From: Candidatus Helarchaeota archaeon
GTDB lineage: Archaea > Asgardarchaeota > Lokiarchaeia > Helarchaeales > RDOG01
NCBI GenBank assembly: GCA_019058315.1
Contig: JAHPZH010000001.1
Span: 817,208-881,207 of the forward strand
Reading direction: 5' to 3'
DNA length: 64,000 bases
Under the pieces are notes generated by a model, which was not told the origin of the DNA, did not search any database, and saw nothing but the letters and a program-made list of their open reading frames with translations. Made by a program: the position numbers and the translations under genes. Positions 25,616 to 35,786 of this stretch are shown piece after piece; position 1 is the stretch's first letter, and each line of letters starts with the position of its first letter.

Positions 25616-27857
25616 AAAAGATATTAATGACAATATTGACAAATTCATAGCGTGGATAGGATTTTTTATATCAGATTTTCTTCTCGAATACTCCCTTAAT
25701 CTATTTGAAATGTTTAAAGAGAACTACCAAAACGATCCTGAAAAATATGTTGCCTTTGAAATATTTGATTCATGGAAAGATCAAACCAATCGTAGGAATG
25801 AATTAGAAGATAAAAATAAAGCTCAATTTTGTATAGAATCAATATTGATGTTTCTAATTAAAATTTTATTTTTAAGAATTTGCGAAGATAAAGGAATTTA
25901 CCCCCATTCCTTAAAGAAAATTGTATTATACGGTAGAACCGCATTATTAAATAATGAAATCAAAGATGATGACGTTTTAAACTCAATTTTTAAAAGAATT
26001 ATCGAATTATCACCCAATTATTTTAATTACGGAGTATTACACTGGCATTTAACTCAAGACAAAATTTTTAATGAATATCTAAATAGAATTATCGATTTTT
26101 TCTATCGATTTGATTTTAAGAACTTAGACTGGGATATTTTAGGTAATATTTATGAAAAATGTATATTTAAAGAAAGGAGGAAATCCTTAGGTCAATTTTA
26201 TACTCCAATTGAAATTATTGATTATATACTTGAAAAAACAGGTTATAGAGCAAGTTCAGAAATTGAAAATCTGAAAGTTATAGACCCTTGTTGTGGTTCC
26301 GGTTCATTTTTGATTCGAGCGATTAAAAAATTAATAGAGAGATATAAAATAAAATATCAAACGGATATTTTTTCTCCAAAGCAAGCAGAAAATGTTCTCA
26401 AGAGTATAACAAATAACATTTATGGATTTGAAATAAACAATTTTGCATGTTTTCTAGCAAAAATGAATATAATCTTTCAAATCATTGAGCTTTATTATCT
26501 TGTACTTAAAAATAACAATTCATATAAGCAAGATCCTTTTCACATCCTTAATATTGATGTGTTAAATCTTAAATTTACGGAAATTGAGCCTTTAATTGGA
26601 AGTATAAAACCTGATATTGTTGTAGGAAATCCTCCATATGTTTTCATTAGAGATTTGCCAGAATCTGAAAGAAAAAGAATTCAAGCTCTCGAACTAGAAA
26701 CAAACAAAGGACAGTGGGATTTATATCAATTATTTATTGAAATCGGAATAAAACTGTTAAATGAAGGAGGATATTTTGGATATATCGTCCCAGATAGCAT
26801 CCTAGCTAATAGTGAAAGGGGAGTTGTTCGAGAATTCATCAATAATAATTGTAATATTGAAATTGTGCATCATGTTGGAAAGAAATTCAAAATGCCCGTT
26901 GTATCAAATGTTATTCTAATACTTCAAAAAGCAAGTGAACCCAACTATGATACAGAAACAAACCTGATTTTTAGCTCAGATGAGAGAGAAATAGTCAATA
27001 CAATACAACAAAGAGAAATTAAGGAAAATTGGGATTATAAATTCTATTTACATTTATCCAAGGAAGATGATAAATTAATTAAAAAATTGAAAGAGTTTCC
27101 AACTATTGAAGAAATTGATAAAAATAATCCCAAAATTAATATTAAAATCAGTAGAGGTGTGGAATTAACCAAGAAAGGCAAGATCTTTTACTGTTCTAAT
27201 TGTAAAATTTATTATCCCTTACCTGAAAAACAAAATAAATGTAGGATTTGTGGAAATGATTTTGTTGTTAATTCGATTGAAACTATTGTAAATGAAAAAA
27301 AAATAGATGAAAATTATAAATTATTTGTTTCAGACCTTAATAGATATAAAATTCAGAAATATCAATATATTGCTATAAATAAGGAAGGGATTAATTATAA
27401 AAATCCAGAAATTTATCTCCCAAATCGGATAATAGTTAGACAATTAAGTGAAAGTGGGCTAATCTGCGCAACTATAGAACCAGAAGGAGCTTACACTAGT
27501 CAAAGCATTTACAATATTAATACAAATTTAAATCCTTATTATTTGTTAGGTATAATTAATTCAAAATTAATGAGTTACTATTTTTCTAAGATTTTTGGCA
27601 GTTATAAATCTCTTTTCCCAAGAATTTTAATTGAATATATCAAAAAATTACCTTTAGCGATTGCTGATAAAAATATCGAATCCCAGATTGAAAATTTAAT
27701 AAAAAAAATACTTAATCTTAATATTAAAGAAGTGAACGAAGGTAAAAAATTCTGTTTAATGGATTTTCAACCCCAAATTGATAGTTTGGTTTTTAATCTG
27801 TATGGTTTAAATTTATCTGAAAAGTTGCTTGTCCGAAATTTTTTTGATGCAATTTGA
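25560..27857 (+). CDS. N6-adenine DNA methyltransferase, Eco57I/TaqI-like (type IIG-like M+TRD)
   Basis: KILFLRICEDKG, DILGNIYE, GQFYTP, DPCCGSGSF, VGNPPY, TaqI-C-like YLLGIINSKL; CxxC...CxxC insert. Start uncertain (see findings). Confidence 0.92.
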   Translation: MIFWMIYELKKENTKFFPKKDINDNIDKFIAWIGFFISDFLLEYSLNLFEMFKENYQNDPEKYVAFEIFDSWKDQTNRRNELEDKNKAQFCIESILMFLIKILFLRICEDKGIYPHSLKKIVLYGRTALLNNEIKDDDVLNSIFKRIIELSPNYFNYGVLHWHLTQDKIFNEYLNRIIDFFYRFDFKNLDWDILGNIYEKCIFKERRKSLGQFYTPIEIIDYILEKTGYRASSEIENLKVIDPCCGSGSFLIRAIKKLIERYKIKYQTDIFSPKQAENVLKSITNNIYGFEINNFACFLAKMNIIFQIIELYYLVLKNNNSYKQDPFHILNIDVLNLKFTEIEPLIGSIKPDIVVGNPPYVFIRDLPESERKRIQALELETNKGQWDLYQLFIEIGIKLLNEGGYFGYIVPDSILANSERGVVREFINNNCNIEIVHHVGKKFKMPVVSNVILILQKASEPNYDTETNLIFSSDEREIVNTIQQREIKENWDYKFYLHLSKEDDKLIKKLKEFPTIEEIDKNNPKINIKISRGVELTKKGKIFYCSNCKIYYPLPEKQNKCRICGNDFVVNSIETIVNEKKIDENYKLFVSDLNRYKIQKYQYIAINKEGINYKNPEIYLPNRIIVRQLSESGLICATIEPEGAYTSQSIYNINTNLNPYYLLGIINSKLMSYYFSKIFGSYKSLFPRILIEYIKKLPLAIADKNIESQIENLIKKILNLNIKEVNEGKKFCLMDFQPQIDSLVFNLYGLNLSEKLLVRNFFDAI

Positions 27858-27905
27858 AATATCTTAAACGGTTGGATTTATTAAAACAATTTCAATTTTT
27901 TTATT

Positions 27906-29306
27906 ATGAATGTCGAATCTCATAGTGGTAGTATTTGGTTCAAGGAAATATTTAATGCAAAAAATATTGCAATAATCGGTGCATCAGAAGATACAACAAA
28001 ATTAGGTTATAGAGTTACGCAGATTTTTCTTAAATCTGATTGTAATATTCTTCCTGTTCATCCCCAAGCTAAAGAAATTTTAGGTCTAAAGGTATATACT
28101 TCAGTTAGAGAAATACCTACAAATGTTGACCTCGCGGTTATTTTGGTTCCTCCAAAAATAGTACCCCAAATAATTCAAGAATGTGGGGTTAAGGGGATTA
28201 AATATGTTGTCATAACAACTGAAGGCTTTGGAGAAAGTGGAGAAGAAGGAATTAAATTAAAAAATGAGATAAAAAAATTATTTAAAACCTATAATATTCA
28301 TGCTATTGGGCCAAATACTATGGGAGTCGTCGATGTTCATAAAAGATTCAGCACATCATTTGTTGATCATAGCATGTTACGACCTGGAAATGTCTCAATA
28401 TCAGCACAAACTGGTATATTAACAGGAGCTCTTCTGCATTACATAAATCTCACTAAAAATATCAAGATTTGTAAATCAATTGATTTGGGGAATAAAATTG
28501 AACTCGATCATGCAGATGTTCTTGAATATTTAGCTGAAGATGAGAAAACAGAAGTTATTATGATGTATATTGAGGGAATTTCTGACGGGAAGAAATTCTT
28601 AAATTCTTTAAAAAAGACAATTAAAAAAAAGCCGGTAATTATATTAAAAGGAGGAGCAACTGAAGCAACCCAAAGAATTGTGAAATCACACACTGGGAGT
28701 ATTGCTGGATCTATTGAAGTATTTGATAATATTGTAAAACAAGCTGGCGCAATTCGAGCTCATACTTACGAAGAAATGATTGAATTAGCTAAAGGGTTTT
28801 CTTATATGTCTCTTCCTAAGGGTAATAGATTTGCAATTATCACAGGAAGTGGGGGTGCCTCTGTAACTACAGCCGATACTGGAGTCCGGTATGGGCTGGA
28901 ACTAGCTACCTTTTCCAAATCTACAACAGAAAAATTAATGGAAGTAGTTCAAAATTCAGAAAAAATTCGAAATCCAGTCGATATATGGCCAGCAGGTCTG
29001 AATCAAGGATTATGTGAAATCTATACCAAAACAATTTCAATTCTTGATCAAGATGAAAATGTAGATGCCATTATACCCCTAGTTTTTCGGGTGAAGGATT
29101 TCCTATGGGATCCTAAGGACGTTGTAAAAGTATGTATGGAATGTAAAAAACCAGTATTTGTTGCGGTACAAGGCCATGATGTCCAAGGGGCTCGCAATGA
29201 ATTTGAAAAAAATAATATCCCTACTTTTAGTTTTGGTGAAAAAGCAGCTTTTGTTTTAAGTCAGATGTGGAACTATAAAAAAACACTTGAAATTTTAAAA
29301 AATTAA
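27906..29306 (+). CDS. Acyl-CoA synthetase (NDP-forming) alpha subunit / acetate-CoA ligase family
   Basis: IAIIGAS, IGPNTMG, LGNK, SHTGS (phospho-His), TGSGG, NPVDI. Confidence 0.9.
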   Translation: MNVESHSGSIWFKEIFNAKNIAIIGASEDTTKLGYRVTQIFLKSDCNILPVHPQAKEILGLKVYTSVREIPTNVDLAVILVPPKIVPQIIQECGVKGIKYVVITTEGFGESGEEGIKLKNEIKKLFKTYNIHAIGPNTMGVVDVHKRFSTSFVDHSMLRPGNVSISAQTGILTGALLHYINLTKNIKICKSIDLGNKIELDHADVLEYLAEDEKTEVIMMYIEGISDGKKFLNSLKKTIKKKPVIILKGGATEATQRIVKSHTGSIAGSIEVFDNIVKQAGAIRAHTYEEMIELAKGFSYMSLPKGNRFAIITGSGGASVTTADTGVRYGLELATFSKSTTEKLMEVVQNSEKIRNPVDIWPAGLNQGLCEIYTKTISILDQDENVDAIIPLVFRVKDFLWDPKDVVKVCMECKKPVFVAVQGHDVQGARNEFEKNNIPTFSFGEKAAFVLSQMWNYKKTLEILKN

Positions 29307-29321
29307 TAATATATGATTAGT

Positions 29322-30620
29322 TTACTCCAATTGAATATAATCTGATTGAAGGCGAAGAATTTCATCTAACATCTTCTCAGCTTGAGTAGCGCTGTCCACA
29401 ACAGGGTCTACAAGGAGTGCTTGTAATGCTATATCTTTAGATTTAGTTAGAACTGCTTCAACCACGAGATCTTGCACTGATGCTTGATTTCGAAGTAGTC
29501 CCGCAAGCCCTTTAGGATAGTCTCCGAGTTTAACTGGATGAATACCGTCTTTATTTATAATTCCAGGGCATTCAACCACAAGATCCCTCGGCAGATTTGT
29601 AATAATATCCTCATTAGGCAGATTTACCGTGAGTTCTTCATGATTTGAATTTGTTAGAATCCCCTCAATGATTGGAATTGCCCGTTCTGGATCTGGTCTT
29701 ACAAGTCTTGCTCCTTTTCCCCTTTTTATTAGACTTCTCATTGTATCACCTGTGCTCAAAGTTGTTGCTTTATATAATCTATAAAATTCTTGACCTTTTT
29801 CAAAATCTGCCACTTCCCACCCCCATTGTATATATTCTCCAATATGAGAATCTGGTGTATAAAAGAGATACCCAAATTTTTCAAGCATATATTTAACGAG
29901 ATCAACGTCAAAAGCTGTTATTTTTCGAAAATATTCAGGTCCCTTCTTACGTATTTCGGGATAGGCATCTTTTCCAGAATCGCGATATTTTACTTCTAAC
30001 ACTGCGGCGAAATGATTTAATCCCCCTGCTTTAATTTTGAGTTTAGAAAATGGAACCCCAAGGAGTTGAGGAAGGTAAATTTGAGCTGCTGCAATTGCAT
30101 GACAAAGCCCAACAAATTTAAGCGAAGGAAACTTTCGTTTAATTGCAAGACAAACTCGACTCATAGGATTAGAAAAATTGATAAATAATGCGTTTGGACA
30201 GATTTTTTGAACATCTGAACAAATTTCGAGAATTGGAGGAATAACTCTTAAAGAATGGAAAAAACCACCAGGCCCTCCATTTTCACCATAAACTTGTTTA
30301 TTGCCAAATTTTCGTGGAATGTTAAAATCCATTTCCCAAAGTTCGAAACGTGGAGTTACTTCTATAGAATTGATGATAAAGGTCGCGTTTTTCAAGGCAT
30401 CTGATCGACTAGTCGTAGTTTCTAATGTAAAGTCTAATTTTTTCTTATCAATTGCGGATTGACAAGATTGATAAACCATATCTAATGATTTCTGATCTAT
30501 ATCATGAAGGGTAATAGTGGAACCTCTCAAAACTTCGCTAGCCAGGATATTTCCTACGGTTCCTAATCCAAATTGTAAGGATCCCGCTCCAGTTAAAACA
30601 ATTTTTTCTTTACTCGACAT
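29322..30620 (-). CDS. GH4 NAD+-dependent alpha-glycosidase (motif CHAI)
   Basis: GAGS, GENGGPGG, NFSNPM, VGLCHAI, GLNHF, VVECP. Confidence 0.93.
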   Translation of the reverse strand: MSSKEKIVLTGAGSLQFGLGTVGNILASEVLRGSTITLHDIDQKSLDMVYQSCQSAIDKKKLDFTLETTTSRSDALKNATFIINSIEVTPRFELWEMDFNIPRKFGNKQVYGENGGPGGFFHSLRVIPPILEICSDVQKICPNALFINFSNPMSRVCLAIKRKFPSLKFVGLCHAIAAAQIYLPQLLGVPFSKLKIKAGGLNHFAAVLEVKYRDSGKDAYPEIRKKGPEYFRKITAFDVDLVKYMLEKFGYLFYTPDSHIGEYIQWGWEVADFEKGQEFYRLYKATTLSTGDTMRSLIKRGKGARLVRPDPERAIPIIEGILTNSNHEELTVNLPNEDIITNLPRDLVVECPGIINKDGIHPVKLGDYPKGLAGLLRNQASVQDLVVEAVLTKSKDIALQALLVDPVVDSATQAEKMLDEILRLQSDYIQLE

Positions 30621-30700
30621 AGATTAAAAATAATATAAACTCATTATAAATTTTTTTTATTCTATATCTTTCAAATTCTTGATTTTTGTGAGTTTATTCC

Positions 30701-31999
30701 TTACTCCAAATAAATGTAATCTGATTCAAGACGAAGAATTTCATCTAACATCTTCTCAGCTTGAGTGGCGCTGTTAACAAGTGGGTCTACAAGGAGTGCT
30801 TGCAGAGCTATTTCTTTAGATTTAGTGAGGACTGTTTCAACCGCAAGATCTTGCACTGAAGCTTGATTCCGAAGTAGTCCCGCAAGTCCTTTGGGATATT
30901 CTCCGAGTTTAATGGCATGAATACCATCATTATTTATGATCGCGGGGCATTCAACTACAAGATCGCTAGGTAAATTTGTAATAATATCATCATTAGGTAG
31001 ATTAACAGAAAGCTCTTCATGATTTGAATTGGTCAGAATCCCCTCAATAATTGGAATCGCCCGTTCTTGATCTGGTCTTACAAGTCGTGAACCTTTTCCT
31101 CTTTTTATTAACTTTCTCATTGTTTCACCTGTGCTCAATGTTGTTGCTTTATATAGGTTGTAAGCGTTTTGAAATTTTTTAAAATCTATTATTTCCCACG
31201 CCCATTGTATAAATTCTCCAATATGTGAATCTTCTGTATAAAAGAGATAACCGAATTTTTCAAGCATATATATAACGAGGTCAACGTCAAAAGCTGTCAT
31301 TTTTTGAAAATATCCAGGTCCCTTTTTTCGTATTTCAGGATAGGCATCTTTTCCAGTATCACGATATTTCACCTTTAATAATGCAGCAAAATGATTTAAT
31401 CCTCCTGCTTTAATTTCGATATTAGCAAATGGAACCCCGAGGAGTTGGGGAAGGTGAATTTCAGCAGCCAAAATTCCATGACAGAGCCCTACAAAATTAA
31501 GAGAAGGAAATTTCCGTTTAATTGCCAGACAAACTCGACTCATTGGATTAGAAAAATTGATAAATAATGCATTTGGACAGATTTTTTTGACATCTGAACA
31601 AATTTCGAGAATTGGAGGAATAACTCTTAATGAATGGAATAACCCCCCAGGACCACCATTTTCACCATTTATTTGTTTAACACCAAATTTCCTTGAAATA
31701 TTAAAATCCATTTCCCATAGTTCGAATCGGGGGGTTACTTCTATAGAATTGATGATAAAAGTAGCGTTTTTTAGGGCATCTGATCTACTAGTTGTAGATT
31801 CTAATGTGAAATCTAATTTCTTCTTATCAATTGCGGATTGACATGCTTGATGAACCATATCTAATGATTCTTGATTTATATCGTGAAGAGCAATGGTGGA
31901 GCCTTTCAAAACTTCGCTAGCTAGGATACTTCCCACAGTTCCTAATCCAAATTGTAAGGATCCCGCTCCAGTTAAAACAATTTTTTCTTTACTCGACAT
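30701..31999 (-). CDS. GH4 NAD+-dependent alpha-glycosidase (motif CHGI)
   Basis: Same GH4 motifs; VGLCHGI. Confidence 0.93.
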   Translation of the reverse strand: MSSKEKIVLTGAGSLQFGLGTVGSILASEVLKGSTIALHDINQESLDMVHQACQSAIDKKKLDFTLESTTSRSDALKNATFIINSIEVTPRFELWEMDFNISRKFGVKQINGENGGPGGLFHSLRVIPPILEICSDVKKICPNALFINFSNPMSRVCLAIKRKFPSLNFVGLCHGILAAEIHLPQLLGVPFANIEIKAGGLNHFAALLKVKYRDTGKDAYPEIRKKGPGYFQKMTAFDVDLVIYMLEKFGYLFYTEDSHIGEFIQWAWEIIDFKKFQNAYNLYKATTLSTGETMRKLIKRGKGSRLVRPDQERAIPIIEGILTNSNHEELSVNLPNDDIITNLPSDLVVECPAIINNDGIHAIKLGEYPKGLAGLLRNQASVQDLAVETVLTKSKEIALQALLVDPLVNSATQAEKMLDEILRLESDYIYLE

Positions 32000-32077
32000 A
32001 GATTAAAAATAATATAAGATTATTTTAAATTTTTTTAGAGCTTTTTAAGTCTAAAAACTCATTTTAGAATTTTTACA

Positions 32078-33376
32078 TTACTCCAAATGAATGTAATCGG
32101 ATTGAAGGCGCAGAATTTCATCTAACATCTTCTCAGCTTGAGTTGCACTGTCTACTACGGGGTCTACTAGGAGTGCTTGTAATGCTATATCTTTAGATTT
32201 AGTGAGAATTGCTTCGACTACAAGATCTTGCACTGAGGCTTGATTCCGAAGAAGTCCAGCAAGACCCTTTGGATATTCCCCGAGTTTAACAGCTTGGAGT
32301 CCATTTTTATTTATAATTGCTGGACATTCAACTACAAGATCTTTTGGAAGGTTTGTGATAATATCATTATTAGGTAAATTAACCGAAAGTTCTTCATGAT
32401 TTGAATTCGTCAGAATCCCTTCAATGATTGGAACTGCACGTTCTGGATCCGGTCTTACTAATCGTGATCCTTTTCCTCTTTTTATTAAACTTCTAATTCT
32501 CTTACCTGAACTATTAGTTATTGCCTTATACAGATCATAAAAACCTCGTACTCCTTCGATATCTGCTATTTCCCACGCCCATTGTATATATTCTCCATAA
32601 TGAGAGTCTGTGGTATAAGGCATATATCCAAATTTGTCAAGGATATATCTACTAAGATGGACATCAAGATTTTCTATTTTTTTTAGATATTCAGGAGCTT
32701 TCTTGCGGACATCAGGATAGGCATCTTTTCCAGAATCACGATATTTTAATTCTAATACTACTCCGAAATGATTTAGTCCACCAGCTTTAATATAGAGGTT
32801 GGATAACGGAGTCTTAAGCATTCTAGGTAGGTGAATTTGAACAGATACAATTTCATGACAGAGGCCAACGAATTTAAGAGCTGGAAATTTTCTTTTAATC
32901 GATAAGCAAATACGACTCATCGGGTTAGAATAATTAATAAATAATGCATTTGGGCAAAATTTTTGGACATCTGAACATATTTCTAAAATAGGTGGAATGA
33001 TTCTCAAGGAATGAAAGAATCCTCCAGGACCACCATTTTCACCAAAAATTTGTCTATTACCAATCTTCCTTGGGATATTATAATCCATTTCCCAAAGTTC
33101 GAATCGTGGAGTTACTTCTATAGAATTAATGATAAAAGTAGCGTTTTTCAAAGCATCTGATCGATTAGTTGTTGATTCTAAAGTAAAATCTAATTTTTTT
33201 TCATCAATAGCAGCTTGGCATGCTTGATGAGCCAAGCCTAAAGATTCGGAATCTATATCATGAAGACAGATAGTGGATCCTTTTAATACTTTGCTGGCTA
33301 GAATACTGCCTGCGGTCCCTAATCCAAATTGTAATGAGCCAGCTCCTATTAAAACAATTTTTTCTTTGTTCGACAT
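32078..33376 (-). CDS. GH4 NAD+-dependent alpha-glucosidase-like (motif CHEI)
   Basis: Same GH4 motifs; NYSNPM, VGLCHEI. Confidence 0.93.
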   Translation of the reverse strand: MSNKEKIVLIGAGSLQFGLGTAGSILASKVLKGSTICLHDIDSESLGLAHQACQAAIDEKKLDFTLESTTNRSDALKNATFIINSIEVTPRFELWEMDYNIPRKIGNRQIFGENGGPGGFFHSLRIIPPILEICSDVQKFCPNALFINYSNPMSRICLSIKRKFPALKFVGLCHEIVSVQIHLPRMLKTPLSNLYIKAGGLNHFGVVLELKYRDSGKDAYPDVRKKAPEYLKKIENLDVHLSRYILDKFGYMPYTTDSHYGEYIQWAWEIADIEGVRGFYDLYKAITNSSGKRIRSLIKRGKGSRLVRPDPERAVPIIEGILTNSNHEELSVNLPNNDIITNLPKDLVVECPAIINKNGLQAVKLGEYPKGLAGLLRNQASVQDLVVEAILTKSKDIALQALLVDPVVDSATQAEKMLDEILRLQSDYIHLE

Positions 33377-33413
33377 AATTTAAAATTTTATGATAATATA
33401 TTAAATTCTTTCT

Positions 33414-35783
33414 CTATTTTTTGATATCATTTAAATTCTTTAGTTCTTCTGCTACATATAAATACAGATTTCTCAAAATATCCTCAATTTCTTCTGATTC
33501 AAATCCGAGAATTTCTAAGAATGCTTTATCAATGATGGTCCTCCCTCTAAAGGGTTTCTCAAACTGTTTTGCTACTGATGGGAATTCCAAATCTTTGATA
33601 TCATCAAAAATTTCAAGCAAATGATTAAAATCTTTATTATTTAATTTAGGAACGAAATATCTCATTAAATCTTCCTTTACTAGTTCTCCCCATGTTCCTC
33701 CAGTTTCTCTTCGAGTTAATAGAAGTTGTATAATTGAAAATGAGCTATTTAACCAAAGTGTTAGAATCTTTGCAGTTTTTACGTCTGTATTTATACAATA
33801 AAAATTCTTAGATGCGACAAGCTTATCCTCACTAAAAAAGGCAATTAATTTGGTTCCTTCTGAAAATCCAAATCGTCTAATGATTAATAAGTGTGCTGAA
33901 CGTTCTAAACCTTTATCACTAATATATGAAAAATCAACTTTAGGAACTTTCAACTCTTTTCTAATTATTTGAAAATCTTCAAATTCATGAAAAATTATGT
34001 AATCAGGTTTTTCTATTGATAATTTATTACAATATGTGTGTGTTTTCAATCCTTTTTTTAGGAATTTCTTTGAAATCTTAAAATGTCTATTGGAATTTTT
34101 TAATCGAACATCAATTTTATCAAGATGCTCTTTTTCAATTATTAATGTTGAACGGGATATCCGTTGGTCACTTAAAGCTCCCACTAGAAATATTGTTTTA
34201 AAAAGCCCAGGAGGATTTGGCTCTAATCCCCGTAAAATATTTTTTATTGAGGTTAAATCTTGAAATTTAATAAGTTTATTTAAACTTCTACCTTTTTCCA
34301 ATAGTCTTTTATAAAAATTATACAAATTACTTTGAATTTCAGGACTGCTGAATCCGACAATATGCCATAAATTATAAATTCCTTCTAATATTTCGGAATG
34401 TTTTATCCATTTAATCTTAAAATATTCATTTTCATAATCCTCTCCTTCAGAAATATTTCTTATTCGTGCTCCAATTCTATTAATCTGTTCTAATTTTAAC
34501 TCATCAATTGATTCAGTCAAATAAATTAATCCAAAAAGTGACGATTTTTTTGTTGGATTTTTTTCTAAAATTAATAAGAAATCTCTTTGAATTGCTGATT
34601 CAGTAAAAGCTACATTTTTAGTTAATTTGATAATATAACGAAATCTATAATTTTTATCTTCAAATAAAAAACGTCTCAAGTCTAGGGTATCACTTCCTCT
34701 GAAAAAACCCGATGGTATAACTGCTGCTATTTTTCCATTATTCTCCAGAATTGCATCTGCCAACAGAATGAAATAGCCCCAATAGCTCATTGATCGAAAA
34801 TTCGACCACTTTGAAGGAAGTTTATTCTTCATACTTTTAGTTAAAAGCTCTTTTCTTGTAAACGGTGGATTCATTAATACAATATCTATGTTTTTAAGAT
34901 TAAAGTTATCTCGGACTTGGCTTGGAAGGGGAGAAATTTTGGTATCCTTGTTTAAATTAAGGGCATTAATAATTCCAATATTAATTTTTTTATTTGATGA
35001 GTTTAAATTTTGTAATTTAAGATTTATAGCCGCTAAATAAGCAGCAAAAGGCATGATATCGAGACCAAATAGATCTTCTAGAATAGAATTATGAATTTTA
35101 TTCAGGTTATTTAATTTAGAATCAGCAATTTTATTTTGGTATAGTGCTAATTTTCTTTTATACGCAGCAATTAATAGAGTTCCAGACCCACAAGCTAAAT
35201 CTACGATTTTTTCACCAGAAGAATCGATTGCTAATTGAGCTAATAGTTCTGCAGCAGCGGGTCTTGTATAGAAAGCCGCAGATTTCTTTCTAGATACACT
35301 TGGTAATGACTCTTGAAAGAGTCTGCCAACAAGATCTTGCTGAATTAATTGCGGATTTAAGGTTTTAAGCTGCTTAATAATATCATTAACATGTTCTAAA
35401 AGAGAAGAATTGTTTGTAAAAATCGAGATTAAATCAAATGAATAAATGAATTTTAAAAATTTATCTTGAACATTTTCAAAATTGTGTTTTAAATCTTCAA
35501 GGCTTCTAAGTGGCTCATCTAATGGTGAAACTTCTCCCGAAAGTATGCTATATTGATGATAAAGAAGAATTTGGTTCACTAATAAATAGCTTGCTAACTC
35601 AGTTACTATCTGATTGTTAAATGTGCTATTTTGTTTTTCATTAGGAATTGAAAATAAACTCAAATTTCTTGAAATTATCTTATTTAATTTAAGTGACATA
35701 TCTTTTGTAAGATTTTTTAAAATATCCGATATAATTTGAATTTTTTTCTTTAAATTATCAATAAATGATTTAAAATTTTGCAT
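33414..35783 (-). CDS. N6-adenine DNA methyltransferase with TRD (no nuclease domain visible)
   Basis: DLVGRLFQ, AAFYTRP, DLACGSGTLL, GLDI, MNPPF, LWLNSSF...RRETGG. Confidence 0.88.
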   Translation of the reverse strand: MQNFKSFIDNLKKKIQIISDILKNLTKDMSLKLNKIISRNLSLFSIPNEKQNSTFNNQIVTELASYLLVNQILLYHQYSILSGEVSPLDEPLRSLEDLKHNFENVQDKFLKFIYSFDLISIFTNNSSLLEHVNDIIKQLKTLNPQLIQQDLVGRLFQESLPSVSRKKSAAFYTRPAAAELLAQLAIDSSGEKIVDLACGSGTLLIAAYKRKLALYQNKIADSKLNNLNKIHNSILEDLFGLDIMPFAAYLAAINLKLQNLNSSNKKINIGIINALNLNKDTKISPLPSQVRDNFNLKNIDIVLMNPPFTRKELLTKSMKNKLPSKWSNFRSMSYWGYFILLADAILENNGKIAAVIPSGFFRGSDTLDLRRFLFEDKNYRFRYIIKLTKNVAFTESAIQRDFLLILEKNPTKKSSLFGLIYLTESIDELKLEQINRIGARIRNISEGEDYENEYFKIKWIKHSEILEGIYNLWHIVGFSSPEIQSNLYNFYKRLLEKGRSLNKLIKFQDLTSIKNILRGLEPNPPGLFKTIFLVGALSDQRISRSTLIIEKEHLDKIDVRLKNSNRHFKISKKFLKKGLKTHTYCNKLSIEKPDYIIFHEFEDFQIIRKELKVPKVDFSYISDKGLERSAHLLIIRRFGFSEGTKLIAFFSEDKLVASKNFYCINTDVKTAKILTLWLNSSFSIIQLLLTRRETGGTWGELVKEDLMRYFVPKLNNKDFNHLLEIFDDIKDLEFPSVAKQFEKPFRGRTIIDKAFLEILGFESEEIEDILRNLYLYVAEELKNLNDIKK

Positions 35784-35786
35784 TTT

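Noticed and set aside
29322-33376. Assembly duplication of one GH4 gene
   Set aside because: Copies differ at many synonymous and non-synonymous positions throughout, and the intergenic regions differ.
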